NCBI GenBank assembly: GCA_905261645.1
Contig: CAJNOV010002229.1
Location: 1-18,046 of the forward strand
DNA length: 18,046 nucleotides
Direction of reading: 5' to 3'
From: Rotaria magnacalcarata
Lineage: Eukaryota
Position 1 is the first letter of the stretch. Each line of letters starts with the position of its first letter. Under the pieces are notes generated by a model. That model was not told the DNA's origin, made no database searches, and saw only the letters and a list, made by a program, of their open reading frames with translations. Positions 1-10,410 of the stretch are shown here, piece after piece. A program made the translations under genes and the position numbers.

Positions 1-1422
1 GACCTTCAAGCATACAAAGTTTCAGGTGCAAATTCGAGAATATGACTTTGCTGGGAAAGCGGGTCCTGCAGAGAAAATTCACTGAAAAATCGAATATCTC
101 CCTCTAGGCAAGCCATGGGCCGCTAATATTTTAACCCTGTTAGTTTGGCAATGAGACCTTTCATTTGATACCAATATGAGCGGTTTTCGTGAGGAACAGT
201 ACAAACGCCTCCATTGTTAGAGACATGTTAGACAAATATGATTCAGTTTGAATAACTTATATTTATTTCACAATATAATTAATGTTACATGATAGAAAAA
301 AAAAGATTTACTGTAAAGTGGATGTTGTGTTCATTGTTTCCGACCGCTATGGTAACATGAACTAAACTAAATATTAAACGAAACTTATAAGTACATATTT
401 TTCGGAAACTATTTCTGGAAGTCAATATCATAGTTTTAGAAACATTTCTAATTATATTTGGATGTTCAATCAATAAATTAAACTTTCTCATATGGATATT
501 TCGAGTCTTACGAAGTCAGACCTAACTTAAGTACATAATTAATCTATGATAATAATAATATTTTAATCAAAGAAAAAAGTCATACCTCATCTAGAAACAA
601 TTGTTATTTAGTACCATTGCGTCAATTGATAGTAGATATTGAACTACTTTGGCATGCTAGAGTTAACGTAATACGCGATACTTCTTTACTATATTTAGAC
701 GTTAAATATTATTGGTGTACATTTTTATAGAAGACAAAAGTTTTATCAGTACATTATATTGTTAAGATTAATAATGAAATATTGGTTCAAATCCATTAAA
801 TATAAAATATAAGTCTTTTGTATTCAAAGTAAAATGCAAAATATAATACTTTTCTAATTATTATAGATTAGCAATACAAGTATAATAAAAAACGAAGAAA
901 CATATTTAAATGGGCTTAATCTTTCTAGTAACGTCTGCTCAACAAGCAAAAAATCTCTAATCAACATTTTTGAGTGAGCCGTAGTCATTTTAATAATGAG
1001 CACTTTCTTGTGTATGAGAACTTAAAACTCTTTAGGAAAAAGAGTTGAGTCATCTTTAACTAGCTAGATGTTATATTCATCTCATATCACGAAAGTATTC
1101 GATGTGTTACTCAAATTGCATTTTTTCTTAAATAGAATTTTTGAAATACTCATACTATACATGGGTTTTCAACAGAAACTGAATCTATGGAAACAATCCC
1201 AAAGGTATCATATCTCAATAGCGATACAATGGAGCACCAATTCAATTTCATTTTCAACTTCTATTTGATTCAGCGAAATCCTTTAACACGTCGTTCGACA
1301 TTGTTCAAGAGAATGTAGTTTATATGAATAAAATTAGTAGTTATGAAGAATGACTTTCTAACTATTTCTACATAGTTAATATTTGTTCTCGTAAATATTA
1401 ACTTAAGATTAGATTTGAAAAA

Positions 1423-2140
1423 GAAGGGGAGGGGGCGCTTAACAAGTCAAATCGGCCTATATTTTAAATTGTTTAAAATTTGGTATATTCCGATGTAGAA
1501 TTGTACACTGAGTTCTTTTATAGCAATCTCACATCCATTCGACTATGTTTAGTACGAAGAATATTGGGAATACTACTCTCTTCAGCATTGATATTCGCAT
1601 GATGCAACAGCATGGCGATAAAGTTTTACCGCAATGTCACTTCCAGACGAGATTAGTCACATTAGATAGAGCATTTAATTCTGCATCGACTCCTGTAAGA
1701 ACGAGCTTATTGAATAAACTTTTCGCTATATTCTATTGGCCTGATTCCTGACGATTGGAGTTTTTTTAGCGAAAACTCTGGACTTTTAGACTCATAAAAT
1801 TTGTTAAGGAGCGTTGAAGTAGATCTTTGTTTACTAATTGATAGCAAATTTTACGAGCTACGAAATCATATACTTCACATTTTCAACAGACCTTGGTCAA
1901 CTGAGAAATCGCATAGATATTATTCAAATGGAAGGATTTTCTGCATTTTTGGTTACTTTTTGGCAGCTACTTTCAGAGAATGTTACGATTATAACAAAAA
2001 ACAATAACACATCTGGAATCAGCACCTAGGACTAAGCTAGTTTACAATTGTTTCTACTTGTTCTTTAAACTTTTATTTTTTTTCGAAAAATTCACCTGTG
2101 GTATCCCTCAGGCTTCAGCCGAAAATGAATTTCATCCGAA
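1423..2140. repeat. Left arm of a ~1.5-kb foldback (long inverted repeat)
   Basis: Read directly. 1441-1560 (aacaagtcaaatcggcctatattttaaattgtttaaaatttggtatattccgatgtagaattgtacactgag...) is the reverse complement of 2830-2930. The inner end ttttttcgaaaaattcacctgtggtatccctcaggcttcagccgaaaatgaatttc pairs with 2236-2292. The 68-codon ORFs at 1545-1751(+) and 2616-2822(-) are mirror images that differ at 16 of 68 codons. Confidence 0.85.
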
Positions 2141-2230
2141 ACTATTTTAGATGATTGCAATTAACGGCGAAGCATATGAAATAATATTTAAACGTGAAAT
2201 GGTGAGTATTCGAATTATAAAAGAAAGGTT

Positions 2231-2944
2231 TTGACGAAATTCATTTTCGGCTGAAGCCTGAGAGGTACTACAGATGAATTTTTCGAAAAAATTAAAAGTT
2301 TAAAGAAGAAGTAGAAGCGTTTGTAAACTAACTTAGTCTGGATGGTGATTGCAGATATGTTATTATTTTTTGTTATAATAATAACTTTCTTTCGAAGTAG
2401 CTCTTAAAAGTAACCAAAAATGCAGAGAATCCTTCCTTTTGAATATTATCCATGCGATTTCTTAGTTGGCCATGTGCTGTTGAAAATGGAAAATATGTGA
2501 TTTTGTAGCTCGTAAAAGTTGCTATCAATTAGTAAACAAAGATCTACTTTAACACTCCTCAACAAATTTTTATGAGTCTAAAAGTGAAGCGCTGCAGTTA
2601 AAAGACCTCCAACAGTCAGGAATCGGACCAATAGAATATAGCGAAAAGGTTATTGAATAAACTTGTTCTTATAGGAATCGGTGTAGAATTAAATGTTCTA
2701 TCTAATGAGACTAATCTCGTCTGGAAGTGGCATTCCAGTAAAAATTTAACGCCATGCTGTTGCATCATGTGAATATCAATGCTGAAGAGAGTAGTATTCT
2801 CAATATTCTCCGTACTAAACATAGTCGAATGGATGTGAGATTGCTATAAAAGAACTCAGTGTACAATTCTACATCGGAATATACCAAATTTTAAACAATT
2901 TAAAGTATAGGCCGATTTGACTTGTTAAATGCTCCCTCCTTTAC
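2231..2944. repeat. Right arm of the foldback; about 90-nt unpaired loop at 2141-2230
   Basis: Reverse complement of 1423-2140 along its whole length with scattered substitutions. The outer boundary gctccctcctt (2931-2941) mirrors gaaggggagggggcg (1424-1438). Confidence 0.85.
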
Positions 2945-3124
2945 TTTGTTATTGAGTAAAGTTTTTCTTTCGACAAATACTCCAGATTTTAACACTGATA
3001 CATGCTCGTGCACAAGTTCGTTGTAGATTCGAAGATTTTGCCATTTCAAGGAATTCAATCATCATTAAGACTCTAAAAACTCATAGAGAAATTAAGAACA
3101 TGCTCTACTAATGGATATAACAAT

Positions 3125-3500
3125 ATGAGTAGCTGTCTAATTCGAGTTCGAATATAAATGAAGAAAAAAAAGTTAAATTAAAACTAAATCTATTCCTAGA
3201 TTTAGTTTTAATTTAACTTTCCGATATATGCGGCATATTAACACAGATATACCCTTCACCCACATTTGAGCACTCCTCCATGGTATCCATCACCCACAAC
3301 CACATTTAAAATACCCCGGATACCCCTCCTACCCACCCCGTCGCCCACTGTTACCTCCTCAACCCACATCCATTTCATCTTAAACTGAATCTAAAACTAA
3401 ATCTAAATCTAACACTAAATGTATTTCTATCAATTATTTTCGAATTGATAGCATGCAGTTGAGTGTCCATTTATATTCGAATTCGAACTAGACATCTCAT
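3125..3500. mobile_element. MITE-like non-autonomous element with ~35-bp imperfect terminal inverted repeats
   Basis: The left end atgagtagctgtctaattcgagttcgaatataaatga (3125-3161) matches the reverse complement of ccatttatattcgaattcgaactagacatctcat (3467-3500) at roughly 30 of 35 positions. There is no coding capacity. The target-site duplication is not clear (aacaa occurs near both flanks but not flush with the ends). Confidence 0.5.
3171..3218. repeat. Perfect 21-bp-stem palindrome inside the 3125-3500 element
   Basis: agttaaattaaaactaaatct (3171-3191), loop attcct (3192-3197), agatttagttttaatttaact (3198-3218). The two arms are exact reverse complements. Confidence 0.9.
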
Positions 3501-4462
3501 GAACAACATACATGTATATGTGGCAGTAGAGTTTAGAATCTAATTGAGATTGGAATCGTTGATTATTCTATGAATGTTGTGAGAAAGCAATTCATAGAAA
3601 TAAAATTTTGTTAGTGAGTAATATGAGATAATTTGATTCAGCATGTAAATTCAAAAGCAAACGTTTTTGTTCCCAAGATCAATTGTGTCTATTTTTCCTA
3701 ACTAAAGAGAGAAAAACAACAAAGATCTGAATAGATGACCATGTTTTAATGCTAGGGACATTGATTTTTTTCTTTCTGTACTAGAAGAAAAGAGAGATTT
3801 TCATTGTTTCGCAGAAAAGAAAAAAATTTTCGCAATCGTTATTTCGAAGTACGGGCCTCGAGCAGCTGGGATGCGGATGGAAAAGTTTTAATTCGAATGA
3901 TATGGAAGGAAAGTAACTGTTTATTTTTAAACTTTTTATGAAATTAATAAAGAAGTTTCTTATATTACTCCATTTCATGTGTTATTATCGACAATGGTTC
4001 TTCGTTAAACAAATAAATAAGTTAATATAAAAGAAACTTCATAATTTATGGCTGGTCATTGTCTGTTTCATAGTGGCGAAGATCGATTATTAAAACTCAA
4101 ATTAATAACGAAATGATAATAAAAAAATTAGAATTTAATAGATTCTACTAAATTTTTTAGAAGGTAAAACTGAGATAAATAAATATTCATTTGATGATCA
4201 GCCAAAACTGCTAACGGCCAACCAGTATGATTAAAGTTGAGCACTCAAATTCTCGGACGCAAAACAACCAATCTTACTCATTTAATTTACTATATAGGTT
4301 TTCGTATATTCTGCGTCGATCTGCGCAATTTCTTTTTAATAATTACCATAAGGACTGGTAGTTGCCAGCCAAAAGTCAATATTTTCGTGAAAATATGTCG
4401 TAAAAACGCTCTTTTGTTTCTTATCATATTCCAAAAATGGAAATATGATTAATATAAAAACA

Positions 4463-4960
4463 GTAGTACCAGCTTGAACTACAAATGCATGACACTACTT
4501 TGATGTTCTAAACCGATATTTCCAAAATCAGAGTAAAATTTTATATCAAGGATTTTTGTTGAAAAAATTCGTCTCTGTGTGTTAATTCATGTTTTGTCAA
4601 TAGCTCGCTCATTTTTCAAATTAATTATATTTTCTCTTCACCAAAAGATACTTCTGACTTTGAGCTACAAAATGCTCTGTCACAATATTCATTAACACAG
4701 CGTAGTTCGCAGCATTTATCACTTCTCTCGTGTCTACTGAGAACGAAGGACCGTTTTTGTCTGTGTGTTACCGATCAGTATTTCACCTATAAAATCTAAA
4801 CTGCTCAACGACTGAGACTCAAACTTTCAAGTATTATAGAAGTTGTCGATTTACATAAATGTTGAAATTTACAAGCTTTTTCATTTTACCATTATCTAGA
4901 TACAATCGTTCGAAGTTGAAAAAACGTCTGTGCGTTACCTGCGTTTCGATTGCGAAGTAA
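4463..4960. repeat. Degenerate tandem triplication, unit about 150-190 bp
   Basis: Three units show the same landmark order. The first landmark is tgaactacaaatgc (~4475), tgagctacaaaatgc (~4662) and tgagactcaaactttc (~4812). The second is cgtctctgtgtgttaa (~4571), cgtttttgtctgtgtgttacc (~4752) and cgtctgtgcgttacc (~4926). Similarity between the landmarks is low and was judged by eye only. Confidence 0.3.
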
Positions 4961-6337
4961 TATTAATATCATAAGCAATGAAGTATTTTCTTTTCTTTTA
5001 ATATTAAAGTATGAGTTGAACAAGATACATTAATTACTATATGACGCATACAAACGATATGAGAGCGCATTGAGATAAATGAAAAATAAGAAATAAAATT
5101 CTTTTTTTGTTTTGATCACCAATTTGAAAAAGAAATTAAAATTATGATTAATTAGAAAATACTTTGTTAAGTTTAACTCATCGACAAAGTTTACAAATCG
5201 TTCTTATAACTTTATTTGCATTTTGATTTTCGAAAATCGTTTTTCTTATCTTTTCTTCACTCTCTTGTTTGTCTATTTTTTCTATCTTTAATTAAATCTA
5301 TTATTTCAATCTTAACTAAATTCTCATGTCAACTGTAACATATATATATATGTATACGAACATAGAAAAACTGTCAAGATTGAGCTCTATAAGAACTCTC
5401 CTATTAATCGCAGTTAATCGGCGCTTTAGGTAAGATCCATGAAAATATCTATCGTATAAAATGTTATATGCAAATTTACGAAGAAATTTGCTCAAGTAAT
5501 AAATTTTGGTTTTAGAACAGACCAAATGTATTATCTTCATTGTAATCAACTAGAAATACTCCCGAATAAAATCGAACCATTGATTTAAAATTGTGAAAAT
5601 ACTGCAATTGGTGTGAAAAAGTTTTAAATCAAAATAGCCATTTTCTTCAGAAACCGTACAGAAAACTAATATTTTTAATGTTTGCATCGACTTTTTGAAC
5701 TTAGATAGACTTTGTTGAGAATCCTCTATTATTAATGTTTTGATTTTGTAAGACAAACACATCCAATCTGTCGATGTAAATGCATGACGTGTATGACAAG
5801 CTGTTGCCATGGTCGTTTTCAACGATACCAATAATTTAAAGACGTGAGATTTTTTTATTGCAAACTATCTTACACGAAGACTTGATTGTGTGAAGATTTT
5901 CGAATCGAACGTGAAAACACGAATTTCCCTAGTGTTTCTCGAAAAATCATTATTTTAACTTAATAAGAAATGTAAAAATACATTACCTCTACAATGATAA
6001 CTCAAAAATGATAGGTATAGTTTCGTCTACAAGGAAAGAATGATCAAATCCAGAATTCCCTCATTAGCAAATATCTATCTCAACTTGCAAAATGTTTACT
6101 GTTTTTATATATCAAACTTAGACCAATTATTCTTATATCGTCTTCGACACGATCTGATAGATGTATTAATCGAGTCATAGTTTTTGTCCGAATAGCTTTT
6201 TTTTTTATTGATATTTCTTATCCTTCTTACATCTCATCTGTTCTGTATACATAGATCGCTCAAGAAAAACATAGCAACGGAACAAGCAAAAAAAAAATAC
6301 AATCAACCCAGAAAATGAAAACATATGAAGATATAAT

Positions 6338-6353
6338 TATATATATATATATA
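6338..6353. repeat. (TA)n microsatellite
   Basis: tatatatatatatata read directly; it lies downstream of the VMP1 stop. Confidence 0.8.
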
Positions 6354-6571
6354 AATATAAATACAGAGGAATAAGTGAGAGTGCGAAAAGGAAGATTCAC
6401 AGCGATGCTTTTTATTATGATGTTTTTTTTGCTTAAAGATGATTTTTGATCGCCAACAAAGTAGATAAAAGAAGTAGGATAAATTCAAACGAAACAAAAA
6501 ATACATCATTCATGAAAACAGTGGGAATCAGATGAAGAAAAAGAAAACAAAATTGGATATTATCGTTTGTT

Positions 6572-7829
6572 TTACATAGTCTTTAATGCAGTACGTGTCC
6601 GTTTATAATAACGTTGTGCTAGTGAATTGATAATTGATGCAATAAAATAGATAATCATTGCAGCAACAAATAAATTAAAAACTTTTGTTAACGCAGAGAT
6701 TTTTGTAACATGGTTAGTTAAATTTTCTCCTGGTTTTCTATGCATTTTACCTTTTTGTTCGAGTAACCAATCTTTAAATGGTGTTTGTAATAGACCACCA
6801 TAATGCGGTACATGTTTCATCCAACGTATAATACGTTCAACATGATGTTCACTAAATAAAAATATTATAAATACTGTTTGAATACTCATTTTTATCAATG
6901 CTTTTCCAATAATAGTTGCTAAAAAGAATGTCCAAAAGGATATAAGAAAATAACCACATGTTATACCAGCTAAATCGAATAATGGGTTTGGAATGCTTGC
7001 ACATAAAAGTATGCCTAAAAATCCGATACGTTTTATAAGACGATAGACCAAATAACGAACACGTTCAAATAATGTTAAATTTCTTGAACTATGTAATTCA
7101 GCGTTAAACACTAACGTTTCAAATTCAATAAGTTCTTCATCATCACTATTATCGCTTGTACCTAAGCGTGCTGCACGTGCCATAAAATAGGGTGGTAATT
7201 CTCCAAAAGCTGTACCTAAACCCCAAAAGAATGCTTCTATTTTAACTTTCCATAAAATTTTCCAAAACGATATTGGTCCTGTTTCTAACAAGTCGGTTAA
7301 AACTGTATCATTATCATTTGTTATGGTGCGTACTGTTGATGTACTTATTAATGATGGACAAACAATTTCATTGGGATAGGGTGGACGAGGAAATTTAATC
7401 GATCCACATTCGTATGCCGCTAACGTAACTTGAGCAATAAATGGACCAAGATAAAGAAGAAACGTATGTAAACCTGTACCAAGTCCAATCGACGATGCTA
7501 CACCAAGACCAAACCAGTATAATGACCAAAGCAAAAAAGTTTCAATTGTTTGAACACTTGTTTGATGTGAACCCTCAGTATTATACAACAATGTAAGAAA
7601 TAGAATCAGAATAATTGATGCAAGTAAAGTTTTCCGATATGATACGAAACGTTTAATATTATGATGGAAAAGGTAAATTAATTCAAGTATACAATAGTTA
7701 ATTGTACATATCGGATGTCTCCATAAGACGATTTTATCTGCTTCGTGACGTAACATTTCTTGTTGAGACTTTTTTTTTGCCAACAAATGTTCTTGTTCTA
7801 CCAGATTTTTAGATGGTGTAGTTAATTTA
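6572..7829 (-). CDS. VMP1: VMP1 (vacuole membrane protein 1 / TMEM49 / EPG-3 family), exon 2 of 2, including the stop codon
   Basis: The stop-free frame of more than 400 codons cannot arise by chance in AT-rich DNA. The translation carries VMP1 signature blocks as I recall them from human VMP1: IVLWRHP, GLGTGLHTFLLYLGP, VTLAAYECGS, FGELPPYFMARAARL, GFLGILLCASIPNPLFDLAGITCGYF, FWTFFLATIIGKALIKM and SIINSLAQRY. The track's first 'M' (7786-7784) is a TTG, so the frame continues upstream to the acceptor tattttAG (AG = 7831-7830). Confidence 0.92.
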
Positions 7830-7893
7830 CTAAAATATAAAATAGAATTTTATTTATTCACATAATATACGATATTAGTATAATTGAACTAAC

Positions 7894-7970
7894 GAATTTA
7901 GAATTGACGTTGATTTTGGTTGTTTTCTTTTGCGTCGGCGACTTGATGATGATGTCGACAGCGAACCCAT
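7894..7970 (-). CDS. VMP1: VMP1 exon 1 (start codon plus 25 codons and 2 nt)
   Basis: ATG at 7970-7968 in the context acaATGg. It encodes MGSLSTSSSSRRRKRKQPKSTSILN. The donor is GTTAGT (7893-7888) and the intron is 64 nt (7893-7830). The split codon TC|T keeps the frame with exon 2. No homology constrains this Ser/Arg/Lys-rich leader, so the start assignment is less certain than exon 2. Confidence 0.6.
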
Positions 7971-8108
7971 TGTTGAATGTGACTCGATACCTGCTTTGAA
8001 ATTCATTCATACAAATATATCGTTTTAATAATATGGATCATTTATTTAATCCAGTGAAATTTGCACAGAAAAAGAAACAAAACAGCGTAACTATGCTTTG
8101 ATTAAATG

Positions 8109-8134
8109 AATAATAATAATAATAATAATAATAA
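8109..8134. repeat. (AAT)n microsatellite, about 8 units
   Basis: aataataataataataataataataa read directly in the VMP1-STAMBP intergenic region. Confidence 0.85.
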
Positions 8135-9734
8135 AATCTATTAGAATGTAAAAAGAAAAAAATTGAAAACAAAATGGTTTGAATAAGTGTTTAGTTATGT
8201 TTATGTGAAAACGATATGTCGTGTAATTTATCGTACTATTCGAATTTGTATCTAGATATTTTTCATATGAAATTGGTAAAATTTCGAACGAATAGTCCCT
8301 ATAGATCTGTATGCCATTTCCAAAAAAAAACTATTGTTTACGAAGAAAAGTCAAGGTTTATTCGAATAATGGCAAGATGAAATATTGTTTCGTGCCGAAA
8401 AAACAGAATCAATTGATTTCATCTATTTTCTTCTATCCTAGCAAATAAAAGAAGAGGGTATTGTACGATTGGACTAAATCAATGCTCTTGATTAGTTTCA
8501 TGTGTCAATATCAAATTGATGTAAACATTGCTTAGCGTATTGTTTTTTATGTTAATTCAAAACAAACACTAGCGATTATTTGCGCACAGTAACACAGTAG
8601 TTATATATGATTCAAATCTGCTACTGTTTGAAACATGAGTAAAGTATTACGATGCTCGAAAACAAAAATTGAATTCTGTCAAGCGCTCAAAACACGTGAA
8701 ATTTCGCATGATTACGCTAGTGTCAAGAAACAAAAATGTTAGCGACGAAATAGGACAAGCTTGAGGGACATTAGTGAAAAGAAATAGAATCTAATTTGCA
8801 ATGAACTATATATAGATCAAAGATAATCTTTTAAATGTTATGAAAAAGTTGATGAGAATCAAAAATTACTCCTATCAAATTCTTGTCGCGTGTTCGTTGT
8901 AATTGGATAAGCATTTAATTTGTTTTGTTTTGTTTTTTGAATATATCTAAAACAGTAACATGACTGATAAAACAAGCATTCATATGATAAGGAATAAAAA
9001 TAAAATTTGTGATTTTGTACTGCTATCTTTCCATGTTGATATGGAAGTAACGATACTTGTCTAACGCTGTTATAGAAGATCTCGAGATGCGTCATATTCA
9101 TCGGAAAGAAAAGTAAATATCCAAGTGATGTATGTATCTACGTTGCAAACAAATCCACGTGTGGTTAAACGAATCACCAGTTGAAAATACTCCGTCGATG
9201 CTCATTATAATTTTATTTCCATAAAATACTTCAATATAAAAAGATAAATTAAATAAATTACTCAAAAGTAAAAGCAAGGATCCATACTTTCATATTTGTT
9301 TATTTGTTTCTCTATTGCCATCTATCGTGAGACGACAATGGACATAAAATTTAACCATGTTGAATTCATTCCACATGACATTCTTGCTCGTATAGACGAA
9401 GAAAAAATACGACAACAAATTAGTCAATCTATTAATCATTATTCGTGTAACTTAGATCAAATCTGTATTTTTTTACTTAATGCACGTCTGCCACTAAAAA
9501 AATCTGCATTAATCTAGCAAAATAAGTGAAATGATGCATAACAATTATTGTGATCGTGAATGCACTTTTTTTATTATCCGATAAAGGTGAAAGTAAATAG
9601 ATATAGCGTATTTTATAATTTTTTCATCGAGATCTACGACCACTGATACTGAAGATTTAGAGCATTATTTGTTTCTTAATGAAATGAGTTCATTGGTGAG
9701 AACATTAACCCTATTCGGTCTTGGTGCATTGCAT

Positions 9735-9757
9735 TTGTACTTGTACTTGTACTTGTA
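9735..9757. repeat. (TTGTAC)n microsatellite, about 3.5 units
   Basis: ttgtacttgtacttgtacttgta read directly. Confidence 0.75.
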
Positions 9758-10029
9758 ATTATCTTTTTTCTATCTGTTTTTAATAAATATCATCAATCAG
9801 TTTTTCATCTAGACATAAAAATTAAATTTATTATGTTCCCAATGAACAGTTGCACCTATAACAAAATATTATACAAGAAATCGTACGCAAGAATGAGTTC
9901 ATACGATTGAAACATTCAATGAGCAACGTGATGTGATGGTCAAATGACTATTTTTTCTCTAATGCATTTTGTTATCACGATAATTAAAATTGATAAAGCA
10001 AACTGAAATTTTTTTTCTTTCAGATACTT

Positions 10030-10232
10030 ATGTCATCTACCGAAGACGCAACAAAATATGCTCGGGGTCAAGTTCAATGGTTACTTGAAAATCAATGTCG
10101 AATACCAATACGTTCAATAACACCAATTAGTTTCTATTATAAAACATCGGATACGTTACTTGATGAAGCTGATTTTTATTATAGAAATAATCAATTAGAG
10201 CAAAGTTTTATTCTCTATTCAAGATATATTAC
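10030..10232 (+). CDS. STAMBP: AMSH/STAMBP-like deubiquitinase, first coding exon (N-terminal MIT-like helical region)
   Basis: The ATG at 10030 lies just after a strong acceptor (ttttttttctttcAG at 10023), which implies an upstream non-coding exon. ...NQLEQSFILYSRYI matches human AMSH ...GNIEHAFILYNKYI (from memory). The donor is AC|GTACGT at 10233. Confidence 0.75.
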
Positions 10233-10283
10233 GTACGTTACATGAAACCATTATGACTTATATACCAATGGATTTTTGTTTAG

Positions 10284-10362
10284 ATTATTTGTAGAAGAAC
10301 TTAAATTACATCATCCAGGTTATGCGACAGTATCAGTCAATGAACGTGAACATGTTAAAGAA
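10284..10362 (+). CDS. STAMBP: AMSH/STAMBP-like, coding exon 2
   Basis: The acceptor is tttgtttAG (ends at 10283). The split codon AC|A gives ...YIT LFVEELKLHHPGYATVSVNEREHVKE, compared with human YITLFIEKLPKHRDYKSAV. The donor is GTAAAG at 10363. The upstream intron is 51 nt. Confidence 0.75.
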
Positions 10363-10410
10363 GTAAAGTTTTAGTTTAGTTTTCTGTTTTTTAAATGTAA
10401 TTACTAATAG

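Noticed and set aside
1-215. The window-initial GC-richer segment as a copy of the same repeat family as 13290-13531 (tgaaaaatcgaatatctccctctaggcaagcc... versus tgaaaaaatgcttttactccccctcagggatgg...; both contain tttcat...cg-rich blocks)
   Set aside because: By-eye similarity is only about 60% over about 40 nt plus a shared block order. That is too weak to call without a proper alignment or a repeat-library search.
1545-2822. The paired 68-codon ORFs (1545-1751 + and 2616-2822 -) as coding sequence, including a faint resemblance of ...GDKVLPQCHFQTRLVTLDRAFN... to the mariner C-terminal ...GWEVLPHPPYSPDLAPSDYHLF...
   Set aside because: The ORFs are duplicated only because they lie in the two arms of the inverted repeat. 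The mariner resemblance rests on a handful of residues, and the ORF direction does not fit a mariner with outer terminal repeats. Other ORFs in the arms (1801-2029) are similarly unsupported.
285-4452. Assorted 63-71 codon track ORFs (285-491, 1068-1268, 3781-3978, 4237-4452) and those at 8859-9101, 12546-13408
   Set aside because: Their lengths are within chance expectation for six frames of AT-rich DNA. The peptides are low-complexity or Phe/Ile/Lys/Asn-rich. None has a recognisable motif or supporting splice context, and several overlap repeats.
5316-5831. Two contiguous same-frame minus-strand ORFs (93 and 77 codons) separated by a single TAG, with a Kozak-like accATGg at 5810
   Set aside because: There is no recognisable domain and no splice solution that removes the stop. 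As a rough estimate only, I assumed about 30% GC, which gives a per-codon stop probability near 0.08. On that assumption about one ORF of more than 90 codons is expected by chance in six frames of 18 kb. It is more likely a chance ORF or an unidentifiable relic than a gene.
6411-6416. AATAAA (minus strand) as the VMP1 polyadenylation signal, about 155 nt after the stop
   Set aside because: It is plausible, but AATAAA-like hexamers are frequent in AT-rich sequence. It cannot be supported without transcript ends.
9296-9760. A possible small spliced gene: MDIKFNHVEFIPHDILARIDEEKIRQQISQSINHY... (ATG at 9338) plus a downstream open segment ...TTDTEDLEHYLFLNEMSSLVRTLTLFGLGALHLYLYLYL that looks like a tail anchor
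   Set aside because: I could not join the two segments in frame through canonical GT-AG sites. The hydrophobic 'tail' is largely encoded by the (TTGTAC)n microsatellite, and no family was recognised. The region may instead contain the non-coding first exon of STAMBP, but that cannot be placed from sequence alone.
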